From contig OX597815.1 of assembly GCA_951406725.2 (NCBI GenBank), forward strand, positions 212,040,001 to 212,104,000: a DNA stretch of 64,000 bases, in the 5' to 3' direction. The position numbers and the translations under genes are program-made. This document shows positions 25,428-38,696 of this stretch, piece by piece. The notes below the pieces were generated by a model. The model was not told where the DNA came from. It made no database searches and worked only from the letters and a program-made list of their open reading frames with translations. This DNA comes from Octopus vulgaris. Its lineage: Eukaryota. Position 1 is the stretch's first letter. Each line of letters begins with the position of its first letter.

Positions 25428-25811
25428 GGAGGCGCAATGGCCCAGTGGTTAGGGCAGCGGACTCGCGGTCGTAGGATCGCGGTTTCGATTCCCAGACCGG
25501 GCGTTGTGAGTGTTTATTGAGCGAAAACACCTAAAAGCTCCACGAGGCTCCGGCAGGGGATGGTGGTGATCCCTGCTGTACTCTTTCACCACAACTTTCT
25601 CTCACTCTTACTTCCTGTTTCTGTTGTACCTGTACTTCAAAGGGCCGGCCTTGTCACTCTCTGTGTCACGCTGAATATCCCCGAGAACTACGTTAATGGT
25701 ACACGTGTCTGTGGAGTGCTCAGCCACTTACACGTTAATTTCACGAGCAGGCTGTTCCGTTGATTCGGATCAACCCGAACCCTCGTCGTCGTAACCGACG
25801 GAGTGCTTCCA
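25428..25811 (+). mobile_element. OR-like tRNA-derived SINE (family A), full length
   Basis: ggaggcgcaatggcccagtggttagg (A box), ggtttcgattcc (B box); flanks tgtttacgttt/tgtctacgttt look like a TSD. Confidence 0.9.
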
Positions 25812-25857
25812 CACTGTCTACGTTTTATATCTTTTATCGTTCATTTTTTTTTTTTTT

Positions 25858-26305
25858 CATCTTTTACTTACTTCAGTCATTGGACAGCGGCCATGCTTGG
25901 GTCACCGCCGTGAAGGGTTTTAGTCGAACAAATATTCATTTTTGCACTGATTTTTTTCAAATCTAGAACCTATTCTAACGGCCTCTTTTGCCGAACTGCT
26001 AGGTTATGGAAACGTAAACCAACCAATACTGGTTGTCAAATAGAGGGAGGTTTACAAACACAAACAAAAAGACTCACACACACACGCACATTCGCACACA
26101 TACACACACATAGACACACACACAGATTCACACTCACACACGCACACACAAACATATACGATGGGCTTCCACACCTTTTCCGTTGTCCAAATTCACTTAC
26201 AAGGCATTGGTTGGTCCAGGTCTCTAGCAGAAGACACTTTCTTAAGGTACTGCACAGACGAACTGAACCTGAAACCATGCAGCTGCAAAGCGAGCTTCTT
26301 AACTG
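25858..26305 (-). mobile_element. Degenerate OK-like SINE
   Basis: Same tail, internal (CA)n and head remnants as 18177-18580. Confidence 0.75.
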
Positions 26306-26307
26306 GA

Positions 26308-26691
26308 TGGAAGTACTCCGTCGGTTACGACGACGAGGGTTCCGGTTGATCCGAATCAACGGAACAGCCTGCTCGTGAAATTAACGTGTAAGTGTCTGAG
26401 CACTCCACAGACACGTGTACTCTTAACGTAGTTCTCGGGGATATTCAGCGTGACACAGAGAGTGACAAGGCCGGCCCTTTGAAATACAGGTACAACAGAA
26501 ACAGGAAGTAAGAGTGAGAGAAAGTTGTGGTGAAAGAGTACAGCAGGGATCGCCACCATCCCCTGCCGGAGCCTCGTGGAGCTTTTGTGTTTTCGCTCAA
26601 TAATCACTCACAACGCCCGGTCTGGGAATCGAAACCGCGATCCTACGACCGCTGGGCCATTGCGCCCTAACCACTGGGCCGTTGCGCCTCC
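26308..26691 (-). mobile_element. OR-like SINE (family A), full length
   Basis: Reverse complement of 25428-25811 with few differences. Confidence 0.9.
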
Positions 26692-27301
26692 CCTTCTTAA
26701 CTATGCACATAATCAGCAAAATTCTTCATTGGACTTTAAGTTTTTGTTGCCTCCTTCCCAGTTCTCTCTCTTTCTCGTCTTCTCATTCTTTTCTTCCTCA
26801 TCTTCTTTTCCACATCTCAATCAGTTCTGTCCTCTTCATCCATTCTTGCTTCTGCCCCAATCGTTTTTATTTTCCTACCATCGATCCCTCTTTTCCTTTG
26901 ACTTGCCTCCCTTTCTTTACATTCTTCTTTCTCTCTTCCTTTATCTCTCTTTCTCTCACTCTTTTCCTTTCTTGCTCAATGACGCCTTAACAAATCTGAT
27001 TTCCAGTTTTTTTCTTCTTCACTTGCCACTCTCTTTTTTTATACTTTTCTTACATGCTCTATCCTTCAATTTCCATATATTCCCTTCTCTCTCCCTTTCT
27101 CTCTCTCTCTCTCTCACACACACACATACACACTCATTTCTCTATCTTACTGTATCTATTTCTTCTGCTCTCTCTTTATGTCCCTTATCTCTCTCTCGCT
27201 GTGTGTCCCTCTCTTCTGCTCTCTTTCTCTATCTCTCTCTCCCTCCCTCCCTCATTTTATCTATCTTTCTGTATCTATTTCTTCTGTTCTCTCTCTCCCC
27301 T

Positions 27302-27333
<32 letters not shown>

Positions 27334-27858
27334 ACTATATATATACCTTCCCCCTCTCTCGATCTATCTATCTGTCAATACAGTCAAACGTGAGGGGTAA
27401 AATATACGAGGAAGAATATTCCAAAGAACATGAAGTAACCGCTATAACTCTACCCCACCCACGCAGTGGGATCGAAACCTAAACCACTTGGTTACTAAGA
27501 TTATTTCTTAAACGTGTTTTCTTATCGAAGTACTATTAACTCGTTGGCATTTATCCTCCCGCAGACTGTGGTCTACAACCAGAAATGACAGGTCTATTCA
27601 GCAACTGACGTTAAATAACTCAGCTAAGAATTAACTTATGTTGCGAACAAAAGCATACAACTCACCTTCATTCCATATTCTTTGCACATTGTTTATTTTA
27701 CTGATCCGTAACATTACAGTTTGAAAGATCTCCATTTAAGATGTTATTTTTTCTTTTCATTTATTTCAAAAATGCAAATCCATAACAAATAGACATATAT
27801 ATATATATGCCAGCTGGCAGAATCGTTAGCACGCCGGGCGAAATTCTTAGCAGTATTC

Positions 27859-27893
<35 letters not shown>

Positions 27894-27897
27894 TATA

Positions 27898-28062
27898 GGC
27901 GCAGGAGTGGCTGTGTGGTAAGTACCTTGTCTACCAACCGCATGGTTCCGGGTTCAGTCCCACCGCGTGGAACCTTGGGTAAGTGTCTTCTACTATAGCC
28001 TCGGGCCGACCAAAGTCTTGTGAGTGGATTTGGTAGACGGAAACTGAAAGAAGCCCGTCGTA

Positions 28063-28120
<58 letters not shown>

Positions 28121-28345
28121 TGTGTGTGTTTGTGTGTCTGTGTTTGTTCCCTAGCATTGCTTGACAACCGATGCTGGGGTGTGTTTATGTCCCCGTCACT
28201 TAGCGGTTCGGCAAAAGAGACCGTTAGAATAAGTACTGGGCTTACAAAAGAATAAGTCCCGGGGTCGAGTTGCTCGATTAAAGGCGGTGCTCCAGCATGG
28301 CCGCAGTCAAATGACTGAAACAAGTAAAAGTGTAAAAGAGTAAAA
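27898..28345 (+). mobile_element. OK-like SINE (family C), full length
   Basis: See 18177-18580; internal (TA)n expanded. Confidence 0.9.
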
Positions 28346-28396
<51 letters not shown>

Positions 28397-28397
<1 letters not shown>

Positions 28398-28430
28398 TAG
28401 TAGAGATACCCAGACTTGCTCGGGATTAAA
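28397..28430 (-). mobile_element. Helitron 3' terminus
   Basis: Minus strand cccgagcaagtctggg hairpin then CTAG|T, resembling 11090-11118. Confidence 0.6.
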
Positions 28431-28439
28431 TGGCATGGT

Positions 28440-28720
28440 TATTTTTATTGTTTTACTTGTTCAGTCATGTGAGTGTGGCCATGCTGGATCACCATCACTG
28501 GTCGAACAAATCGACCACAGGATTTATTCTTTATAGGCCTAGTACTTATTCTATCAGTGTCTTTTGCCAAAACGCTAAGTTATGGGAACGTAAACAATGC
28601 AACATCGGTTGTCAAGCAATGATTGTCAAACACACACAAATATACACACATATGCGACAGTCTTCTTTCAGTTTCCGGTACGAAATCCACTCACAAGGCT
28701 TTGGTCGGTCTGAGGCTATA
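28440..28720 (-). mobile_element. Partial OK-like SINE
   Basis: cttctttcagtttcc..aaatccactcacaaggctttggtcgg and the family C tail. Confidence 0.75.
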
Positions 28721-28722
28721 AC

Positions 28723-28779
<57 letters not shown>

Positions 28780-28915
28780 TGTGTCTGTGTGTGTGTGTAT
28801 GTATATATATATATATAGTTAATCCAAACAAGAAAACACAAAAAAACACTGCAACGCGAGGACGTGGAACAAATAAAGTATTATTGGACGCTCAGGAAAG
28901 AAGGGAAGAAGGAGG

Positions 28916-28950
28916 GTTTAACGTTTCGAGCGGAGCTCTTCGTCGGAAAC
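28916..28950 (-). ncRNA. 35-nt minimal hammerhead-like motif (U4->C)
   Basis: gttt-CCGACGA-a-gagc-tcc-gctc-GAAAC-GT-T-aaac; loopless palindromic helix III; lies in a roughly 200-bp insert between TA-rich tracts. Confidence 0.65.
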
Positions 28951-29826
28951 ATAGGAGAAGGAAAGATCCTGAGAAGGGAAGACAGAGGAAAAAAATTGCT
29001 GGCGGTGCTCACGAGGTCACATGTATATATATACAAATATGTATATATATACACATATATATACATATATATATAAACATATACATATGCATATATATAA
29101 ACACTTGAAAAAGGATGCGTGGCGTTCGATCATATAATAATATAAATAATATATAAATATATGCATATATACATACATATATGTATATACCAACATATAT
29201 ATGTATATATACATGCATATATGGGTAGAGGACATAAAAAAAAAGTCGAACACAATGAGAAACGAAAACATAAAAACAAAAACATAGAAACGAATTTTTT
29301 TCAAACAACGAAAAAACGGAGAAACAAGACATACAACATAAGGAATATTCCCCTTCTTCAGTTGTCCCTCTTTCATCTACTCCGCGTTAAAATTTCAGTG
29401 CGATCGGATGAACAATACTCGAGTTATAAGCACGCAAGCAGACAGACAGACAAAATTCCTTTACTCTCGACATATGTTTCGAAGACAACATGGTTTCATT
29501 CCAAAGGAATGAAGGGTGCAAGATGCAATCTTCTCATCAGGAAAGAAAGGAAGCCTCTCTCGGCAACAAGACAAACAAAAAATTACCGCCTACATGGTAA
29601 ACAAAACGATAATATGTCGAGAGTAAAGGAATTTTGCTAACATCTTCGTTCGACTCCATTCTTTCATTTATTCATATATAACACAAATTTCTGCACATGA
29701 ACCCGGAGTTTCTACCCTTGGACAGGTCGCTTCTACCGTGTTTCTGACGTGAATTTGCTACCCTGGTATCGGTTCAACGAATTTTCCATGCTGACGATAA
29801 ACATAGGATAATTCATTCACCTATTG

Positions 29827-29880
<54 letters not shown>

Positions 29881-29985
29881 TTATATATATATATATCTCA
29901 TATATATACATAAATATATACATATATATGTACACACACATACGCACACACACAAAAATATATATGTATGATATATATATATATG

Positions 29986-30039
<54 letters not shown>

Positions 30040-30359
30040 AAGCGGAGACAGAGAGGAGGGAGATTTTGCTCCGTGAAGAGCAACACGTAACCGCCGTTCG
30101 GGCTCAGAAGGCAGTCTCACACTCTGTTCCTGTACCCAGTGCAGTACGACGCAAGGCACCAGCCTGTCTCATGATAGGCTTGTGTGCAAAATATGAGTTA
30201 CGTTATAACATTAATAAAATACAGAGACTAGGTATCGTAAAGCTTTATACTTATTGCTGAACACTGGCAACGCAATTTTGACAGTTGTTATGTAGTCATG
30301 ACGGCAATTTAACAAAACGTATGCATGCTCTATAAAACTTTGAATACTTTCTTAATACC

Positions 30360-30412
<53 letters not shown>

Positions 30413-30415
<3 letters not shown>

Positions 30416-31274
30416 GGTGTGGTGAATAAACTGTCGTCTAACTTACGCAAAAATGAAAATAACATTGACATCTCATTTTAGCAGATATATTTACTAAAAT
30501 TATATAAAAATATCTTGAAATACTAAAGAGTAAATTTATTCAATAAAAATCGTCATTGGCTTCAACCATGTCCTCCAAGCGACTTCGGAATCTCCTGCAA
30601 CTCTTCTGATCGGTTTCCTTGTTGAAGTTGGTGAATACTGCCATGATCTTTGCCTTCAGTTCATCTTTGGTGTTACAAGGAGTTTTGTTAGTCTCTCGTT
30701 CAAATGCTCCCCACATATAATTAAGGGTGTTGCAGTCTGGGGAGTTAGGCCGCCAGATGTTAGGGGTGATGTAGTTGCAGAAACTGTCTGACAGTCATGA
30801 CTGGGTTCTCTTGCTTATGTGGCATGGTGCAGAGTGTTGTTTGCCAGACACAGGATCTTCCAGTAGCCACCCTCTTGAACCAGGGCAGCACTACCTCCTC
30901 CAGGCACTTGCTGAAGGCCTCCGTGTTGAGTCTGATGCCATGTAGGGAAGATGAATGGAGGAATAACGTCGCTATCACTAGTGATCAATCCAAACATCAT
31001 GATGTTGACTGGATGTTTCATTTTTATCTCTCTCGGTACATGTCCTCAGATTGACACCTAAATACTCTGAAATATTCGTATTGGCGCTTTCGGCGCGAAT
31101 GCCAAGTAGTACAGCATATCATTTCTAAATTTCTGGCAGAATGAATTGCGTCATGGTGCTGTTTTTTCTCACAGACAGTACCCAGCTGACCCTACTAGAC
31201 TGTGTAGTTGACAAAATTAAGAACAATATGCATGCGCGAAATAAAAAATATAAAATGGCGACAAGTTACCCATC

Positions 31275-31282
<8 letters not shown>
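30413..31282 (-). mobile_element. Internally deleted Tc1/mariner element (maT/DD37D-like transposase remnant)
   Basis: TA|CAGGGTG...TTCTG|TA with degenerate TIRs inside (TA)n; remnants MMFGLITSD, CLEEVVLPWFK, WRPNSPDCNTLNYMWG, RFRSRLEDMVEAN. Confidence 0.85.
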
Positions 31283-31346
<64 letters not shown>

Positions 31347-32053
31347 TCAAGATTAGAACAGTTAAAATTTTAAAGATCGGATTAGAAAATGCTTAGTTGC
31401 TTTCGTTTGCAGTTCAAAGCTCGGATGCGTTATTTTGGTTTCTTTTATGTGGATAAATTATTTTCAGTTTTCAGTCATGTGGTATCATCACTTTTTATTA
31501 TATCTATTATTTTTATCTGCATCTTTTGATTTTTAACTTTGATATATCATTTTGTCATTAGTTTTTATTTTTTTTATTTTTTTGCGGGTTGGGGAGGAGG
31601 AGGACTTACTTTTTTATGTATTTCAGTAGGAAGTCAGCTGTCTTCTCTAATGGAATCATTTATATGATGTAAATAATCTGCACAAAAGTGGTAAAACGAT
31701 AGCCGACTCTCGGCTGCAGTGTAGAGAGAAGCTCATTACGTAAACATGCCATGGTGTTTATTTTTATGCAAAGCGAGCAAGTTCGAGCAACGGTAGAAAG
31801 TCAAGCTGAGGGAAGTGATCACTTAAGCAAGGTTAGGTTAAGTTATGTTTTTTCACAGTCAATAGAACGACTGCCATCATAGATATAGACAACGTATGGC
31901 GTCGGTTTCTCGAAACTGCCGAGTAAGAAATATATCGTCTGGTCTGTTACATTTAGACATTGAACAGATGTATCACTGAAAGCAGGAGTTATAAACTTCC
32001 TGCCGGGCAATTGTAAGGAAATGAAATATCATTTGTAATTGTGTGTTTTTTTT

Positions 32054-32420
32054 TATGGAACACTATCATGGAAAATTTGTATGGAAGAGTTATGTGGACA
32101 GCTTTTATGAAGCAGTAACATTTTTTACGGAAGACTTTTGTAGAAATCTTTGTCGGGAACTGTACTGAATATCTTTGTGGAAGTTTTATAGAAAAGTTTT
32201 ATACAAGGTGTTATGGAATAGTTTTAGAGAGTGTTTATGGAAACTTACATGGAAGGGAGTTATAAAACGGTCTTATGGAACCGTTTTTGAAATACTTATA
32301 TGGAAACATTTATGGAGAAATTTCTTGAAATATTTGCATGGAAACATTATGGGGTAATTCTTGGAATATATAGAAACTTTAAAGAAAATGCTTATATAAA
32401 CGTTTTATGAGAAACTATAA
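32054..32420. repeat. Degenerate short-period tandem repeat (TTTATGGAAA-like, about 12-13 bp)
   Basis: tatggaa and variants recur throughout. Confidence 0.65.
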
Positions 32421-33551
32421 GAAATAAAGAAATATTTTGCAAGTCTCCTTCAAGTTTTGTTTCTTTTCGGTCGATTAAGATCGAAGCACCGTTAAGATGA
32501 AACACCGGTTAAGAAAAAAACGGGATGCTGTGTTGGCTATGCTTTTCTAGAAAGCATTTACAGTTTAAGCAAAGTGGAATTGTGCCGACCGTAAATAGTG
32601 ATTGGGATATGATGTCTATTCTCTAACAGTTATTTTCTTCTCTACAGTACTCACCACGTTAATTTAATATAGGTTTATTTTTCGTTTTATCACAAAGGCC
32701 TTTTGCATGTTTACCGACCCAGAAATGGGAGTACAACACTTAGAACTTTCCCAATGGTCATTAAACGAGTAAGAAACTCTTTAAAATACTATTCCAACCC
32801 TGGAATTGTTTATAGCTCTCTATAAGCAGTCGATGAATAATCCAGCAATCTAGAGTCAGTAGCTGTATTTTAAGTGCTACTGCTTTGCATCAAAATTCTA
32901 ACCTTTCAATAGGTATTTCTTCAGGAAGTATACTTTTCTAGTTAAGTGTTAGCAATATGCGGCACCACTGGTTCTCTATTCCTCTAATTTTAGATTGATT
33001 AGCCAAGGCTAAATCGGAAATTGTAAATGATGAGCGAGTATGATTTCAACTTTTGCGGAAAGGTTTCAGCATCTCTAAATACCCAAGAGTTCTATGCAAA
33101 TCCGTCTCGAAAAGTTTTGACACCACTTTCGTACAGCGTTTTCCTTTCGTAAAGAAATTTGTTCTCATGAATTTTTACTGAGCAAAGGATTAGAGAACTA
33201 TCCAAAGTTGATATTTTTACATGTGATGTACAATGTCTAAATTTGTTTTAAGGTTGAAATATTGAAAATACAAAATTCTTGTAAGCATCGACAATGCATA
33301 AGACAATACAATGTCCATATAAAATGTACAGTGATCTGTCATTTATTTTAGGAATAGCAGATTTTTATTTCAAATTCCCACAACATAATTGTTATCCTTT
33401 TCACGGGTTCACTGATTAATTTATATATTTTTTTCTTGTAAGTTCCTTCTTTTAATAAATAGTCAACGAGAACATATTAAATGGAGACAGTGGAAAATTC
33501 AGTTCATGAGAATAAAGAATGAAGTTTGGGTTATCTAATTTTTATAATGTA

Positions 33552-33991
33552 CTGTAAATCTTCGAGTATAGTCCGCCCTCTGAAAAACCTAAACCTTGTG
33601 TATAATATGCACCCCTTCTCTAACATGAGTCAATGACGTCTATATACCGTCCTTGGTTTGTAAAAATGTATACGGTAACATCCTTTATTATTATTGTATA
33701 TATAACATAATGCAAACGTGTAGCTTTTTTGTGCATTTTGTTTGCAGAAAATAAAGAAATAATAGTAATAATGTTTAATAAATGTTGCTTATTGCAAGTT
33801 ATGGATGATTTAAGGTATTTTTGCGCCCGACATCACAAAATGCGTCTGAATAAACATTGCCGGACAGCAAATAGAGACTCGGACATTGCTTAGAAAATAA
33901 TTTTCATTTTTAACCTCATGTATAATACGCACTAGGGATTTTGACCTTTAAATTTTGGGGAAAAATGCGGATTATACTCGAGGATTTACGG
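33552..33991. mobile_element. 440-bp pogo/Tigger-like MITE
   Basis: TIRs ctgtaaatcttcgagtatagtccgc / gcggattatactcgaggatttacgg with TA on both sides. Confidence 0.85.
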
Positions 33992-34399
33992 TATACAGAA
34001 AATTAAAAACATTACAAAGGCTTGAAGCTCTATTGTGATACTATAACAAAACGGTTTTTTTATACTAATTCACTATTAATGACAGCGAGCAGAATAGTCA
34101 GCAGGCCGGACAAAATGCTTAGCAGCATTTCTTTCGGCTTTATCTTCTGAATTCAAATGCCACAGAGGTCGACTTTGCCTTTCAGCCATTTGGGGTTGAT
34201 AAAATAAGTACCTGTTAAGCACCGGGGGCTGATGCAATCGACTAGCACCCTCCCCCAAAGCTTCAGGCCTTGTGCCTATGGTAGAAAGAATATTAACTCA
34301 CCATCTCTCAGGATCTTTACCATGTCTTGACGCACGACTTCGGTAATAGGTATGTGACAAGAATTAACCCCCAGTAACTGTGATACAAATTTATCTTGT

Positions 34400-34650
34400 T
34401 GTTGTTTATAGTATTATCTATCACGTAAATAGAAGCATTTTACCTGCAGTATCAGTAGATTCATCCAAAATCAAAAAGAACTGACTATTACTTATGTCCT
34501 CAACTTGTTCTTTCAGTAAGGCAATAACTTTTGTTATTAAGTATGGTGCATTTTGTTTCATGCAGTTGGAAATCAGCTGCAATTGAGAATGACAGAATTC
34601 CTTTATTAGTAAGTTCTTCGAAATGAGTGACACCACAAATACTTGCATGA
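34400..34650 (-). pseudogene. hAT-like transposase fragment
   Basis: EDISNSQFFLILDESTDTAGK motif. A possible decayed C-terminal dimerisation remnant at about 32690-32760 (-) is much weaker. Confidence 0.55.
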
Positions 34651-35537
34651 CATGCTACAAATGCTGCTAACAGCAGTTCTAATTTTGTTATTTTTGCTAC
34701 TGGAAAACAAAAACTACTTTGATAGATCGTTGGGAATTCGAGTTTGTCACGGTTCTATTTTTTATGTTTTTCATGTTATGCCAAGTTTAAATCATTTTTA
34801 TTTCTGTGGTGGTGGGGGGGGGGGGCTCGTATTTCAATACTGCACACTTTACAGAAAGCATTATTCCTGTTGCGTTTTACTTTTCTCACCCAATTTGAGG
34901 ACTTTTGAAACTTTTTATCGTTCTTTGACCGTATGCTCATGGGTATAATTCAGGAATAATTTAGATTTATTTTAAAAAAATACTTAGCTTGTTCAAATTT
35001 CTTTCACACGACTGGGTAACTGCTGACAAAACTTTTCGACTCGTTTTATTATACTATGGAACTGTTCTTTCATATCTTGATACGCTAGAAACAGTAACCG
35101 AATATTTATTTAAAATACACGTTCTGCCGTGATAAATAGAGAAGGAAACAATCAATGAAAAAAAAAATAGTACACATTTATGAATAACTACATGTCACCC
35201 TACCACGGGAGAAGATTAATTTGCATCTAACTAAACAGTGTCCGCATCTTGGATCTATAATATATATAGGTTTCGCGTTTTAGCACATGGCCAGTAGTTT
35301 CATGGTCAGAGGCAAGCCGATTATATCGACCCAGTGTTCCACTGATAGTTATTTTATCCACCCCGAAAAGGATGAAAGGCTAAGTCGACCTCGGCGGAAT
35401 TTGAACTCAGAACGTAAACACTGACGCTATGCATTTTACCCGACGTGCTAATGATTCTGCCAGCTCGCGTCTTACCTGAATTTATAATGTATTTATGATT
35501 TATAATTATCAAACTATTTTGAGTTACAAAATAATTT

Positions 35538-36868
35538 CACTGGTCAACACTTTTTCTGGCACAAGATTCATCAATGGTTTTTAGCTAATTTTGGGTAGCT
35601 GAATCCAAATTGGGCATCGGATTTCGTCTATTGCATCAGATTTGTGAGATATAAAATCTTTTAGCTTTGCTAGAAACAGCTATTTAATGCTCATAAAGGA
35701 AGAATCAAACATACGTAAATGCAATTTTTAAAAGACAATATGTCATTTCTTTTTTAATCTAATAAATCAAACACAAAGTTGTGGGAGTAAATGCACAATA
35801 GCAAGTAAGAATTAAGCTTGGTTATAACAAAATACGAATACAAAATCTCTATTCATCGTGGTTATTCATTCTGATCATCTTATTACTGCAAGAACTTCCT
35901 CTTTTTGATGGTCTCTTGTACACAGCTTCTGGAATATCTCTCATCAAGCTCTAACAGTAATCTGCCATCATGTTTGAGACCCATTGACCTTGATAGCGTT
36001 CGTCCATTACTTTTACATCTTGATTAAAGTGTTCGCCACGTTCTTCGCTAACATCACCCAGATTTTCTGGAATTTCACCGAAGTAACTGTGTAAGTAGTG
36101 CAATTCAATGCTCATTCTACATACAAGTGCTTGCAAACTCAAGAGCAGCCCTTCTACAATGTCTTGATAATTGTCAGCTTTCCTGTGCCCAAGGAAATTC
36201 CGCACCACATCAGAGAAGGCATACCAAGGTCTAACCACATCCGCATTCATTGTTGTAACAACCTGTGGATTCCTGGGGAATATTCTTATTTGGGGTCAAA
36301 CAAATATTCTTGCCTTCTTCTTGCCATTGAATCTTGGAAAGATTGTGCATATATCTCTGAAGCAGTTTCCACTGTGACCAAGAGCTTTAATGAATTGCTT
36401 CATCACACCAAGTTTCAATACAGGTTTTGCAAACTTAGTGGGGAGCCCAGGTCTTGTCCTGGTCTCCAAGTGTTACTTTGAAATAAGCAAGATACATCTT
36501 GATAAAGTTATTAATGTTGCGCCTTTGAGCCTGTAGAGTGAAGTTTCCACAGATGTAACAGACGATATCGGGGTCATTACAGCACGTCTTTTTTTTACGT
36601 TATATTCGTAACTAGATCACAGTTGTTCAGTTCACACCTGAAAAAAAAGAGGAAGAGCTTTAAAGCAAAACTTAGCTTGAACAGCATGACGAAATCCAGC
36701 CAAAATTCTCGCAAATAGTGGTGTAAAGGTATATACCGATGGCACAAAAATGTGAAGTGATAGAGCAAATATGAAGTCAGTTTTGGAATCAGCACCCAAA
36801 AATTAGTCCAAAACAGCTCTAAGATTTTATACCAGAAAATAGAAAATATTATTTTGTTGACCACAGTG
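35538..36868 (-). mobile_element. Internally deleted Chapaev-like (CMC) DNA transposon
   Basis: Termini CACTG(TG)GTCAACA inverted, with subterminal imperfect IR (ttttgggt.gctga.tccaaa); transposase MSIELHYLHSY..IPENLGDVSEERGEHFNQD...RYQGQW...MMADYC. Confidence 0.75.
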
Positions 36869-37136
36869 TTATAAATAATATCGAAATTTTTACGATGAAT
36901 TTTCGTGAAATTTTTTTTTAAATCATTAATGTACACGTGCAATAATTGAATGAATAATATACTCGGAATACATAATGTAATTATTAGCGCTCTGATATCT
37001 ATTGTATAATGTAATAAGCAAATTCATATTCAATAATACAATGAATTTCAATGAGAGGAAAGAGTTCGTAGAACTTCATGTTACTAACTACCACGGGAGA
37101 AGCTTAGCTTACGTCTAACTCTTCTCTATTTATACT

Positions 37137-37522
37137 GGAGGCGCAATGGCCCAGTGGTTAGGGCAGCGGACTCGCGGTCGTAGGATCGCGGTTTCGATTC
37201 CCAGACCGGGCGTTGTGAGTGTTTATTGAGCGAAAACACCTAAAGCTCCACGAGGCTCCGGCAGGGATGGTGGTGATCCCTGCTGTACTCTTTCACCACA
37301 ACTTTCTCTCACTCTTACTTCCTGTTTCTGTTGTACCTGTATTTCAAAGGGCCTGCCTTGTCACTCTCTGTATCACGCTGAATATTCCCGAGAACTACGC
37401 TAAGGGTACACGTGGAGTGCTCAGCCACTTACACGTTAATTTCACGAGCAGGCTGTTCCGTTGATCGGATCAACCGGAACCCTCATCGTCGGAACCGACG
37501 GAGTGCTTCCATCTCATCCATG
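37137..37522 (+). mobile_element. OR-like SINE (family A) with 10-bp TSD
   Basis: TSD tatttatact at 37127-37136 and 37523-37532. Confidence 0.92.
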
Positions 37523-38087
37523 TATTTATACTTTATGAACTGCATTAGTAAATAGCTGTATGAAATCAACTAATAATATAGTAATTATTAGCATCACTGT
37601 GAGTTCATTTTCCGAGTTTGTACATTTAAAACACTTCGTTTTGAACTTGGGGTCTGTAGTTCAAAGGATAGACAAAAAAAGTTACAGGTTAAATGGTAGG
37701 GTATATTGCAAAGAGTTCAAGATATATGTATTTTCTGAGTGAGGAATGTTTACTCTTTCAATAAGACTACAATATGACAGTTGGGTGCTACCATTTTTTT
37801 TTAAATGGTTCATAAAAGAAATAAAGAACGAAAGAGAAAAACAACAGGTGTTTGTTTCAGATGAAGCATAAAGGATTCCTTATAAGACATTCCTTTCTCA
37901 TCGTTCTTCTTTTCGTAAAAACGGTCAATCCTTTGATGCCTTTTTTCCGGTACCTATAGACAAACTAAGAAGTGTATACATATATCTGTCTAGTCATCTC
38001 GCTTTCTTTTCCTCTCTCACTCTATTTCCCTCTTTCTTTCTTTCTCTCTTCTCTCTTTCTCTCTCTTCTCTCTCTCTCTCTTTCTCT

Positions 38088-38143
<56 letters not shown>

Positions 38144-38153
38144 AAGATATATT

Positions 38154-38197
<44 letters not shown>

Positions 38198-38456
38198 CAT
38201 ATATATATATACATATATATATATATACACATACAGGTGTGTACATATGCATGTATATGTATGTATTTACGTTTGTATGCACGTGTGTATGTGTATATGT
38301 ATGGATAGATGTTTGTATGTATGTGACTATGTGTATATATGTTTGTCCGTATTATGTAACAGACCTTTGTGTTGAAGATATTACAGATACATCAACTGCG
38401 TACGTTACATATGTATGCGTGTCTGTGTGTGTCTATACAGACAGACACACATATAG

Positions 38457-38518
<62 letters not shown>

Positions 38519-38520
<2 letters not shown>

Positions 38521-38696
38521 GTACAAAATGGGACAAGAACGCAAAACATCCAGACAGTTAGGTGTATACAAAAAAGGGACAACAAAACATCCTGATAGAC
38601 GATACAAAGAAAACAAGGAAACAAAGTCATTCGGAGTCTTCTTTCCTCAGTCGAGTTCCAGATTATCTTTGCAATTTCGGCTGGTTATACTCGAGT
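38519..38696. mobile_element. Fragment of the repeat that forms the 51114-52178 inverted pair
   Basis: tacaaaatgggacaagaacgcaaaacatcc... matches 51115 onward; abuts (TG)n. Confidence 0.8.

Noticed and set aside
25428-25500. tRNA gene
   Set aside because: A/B boxes are present but the acceptor stem is poor and it continues into a multi-copy SINE body with TSDs.
26576-27482. 274-aa and overlapping F/L/S-rich ORFs
   Set aside because: Polypyrimidine low-complexity sequence plus SINE antisense.
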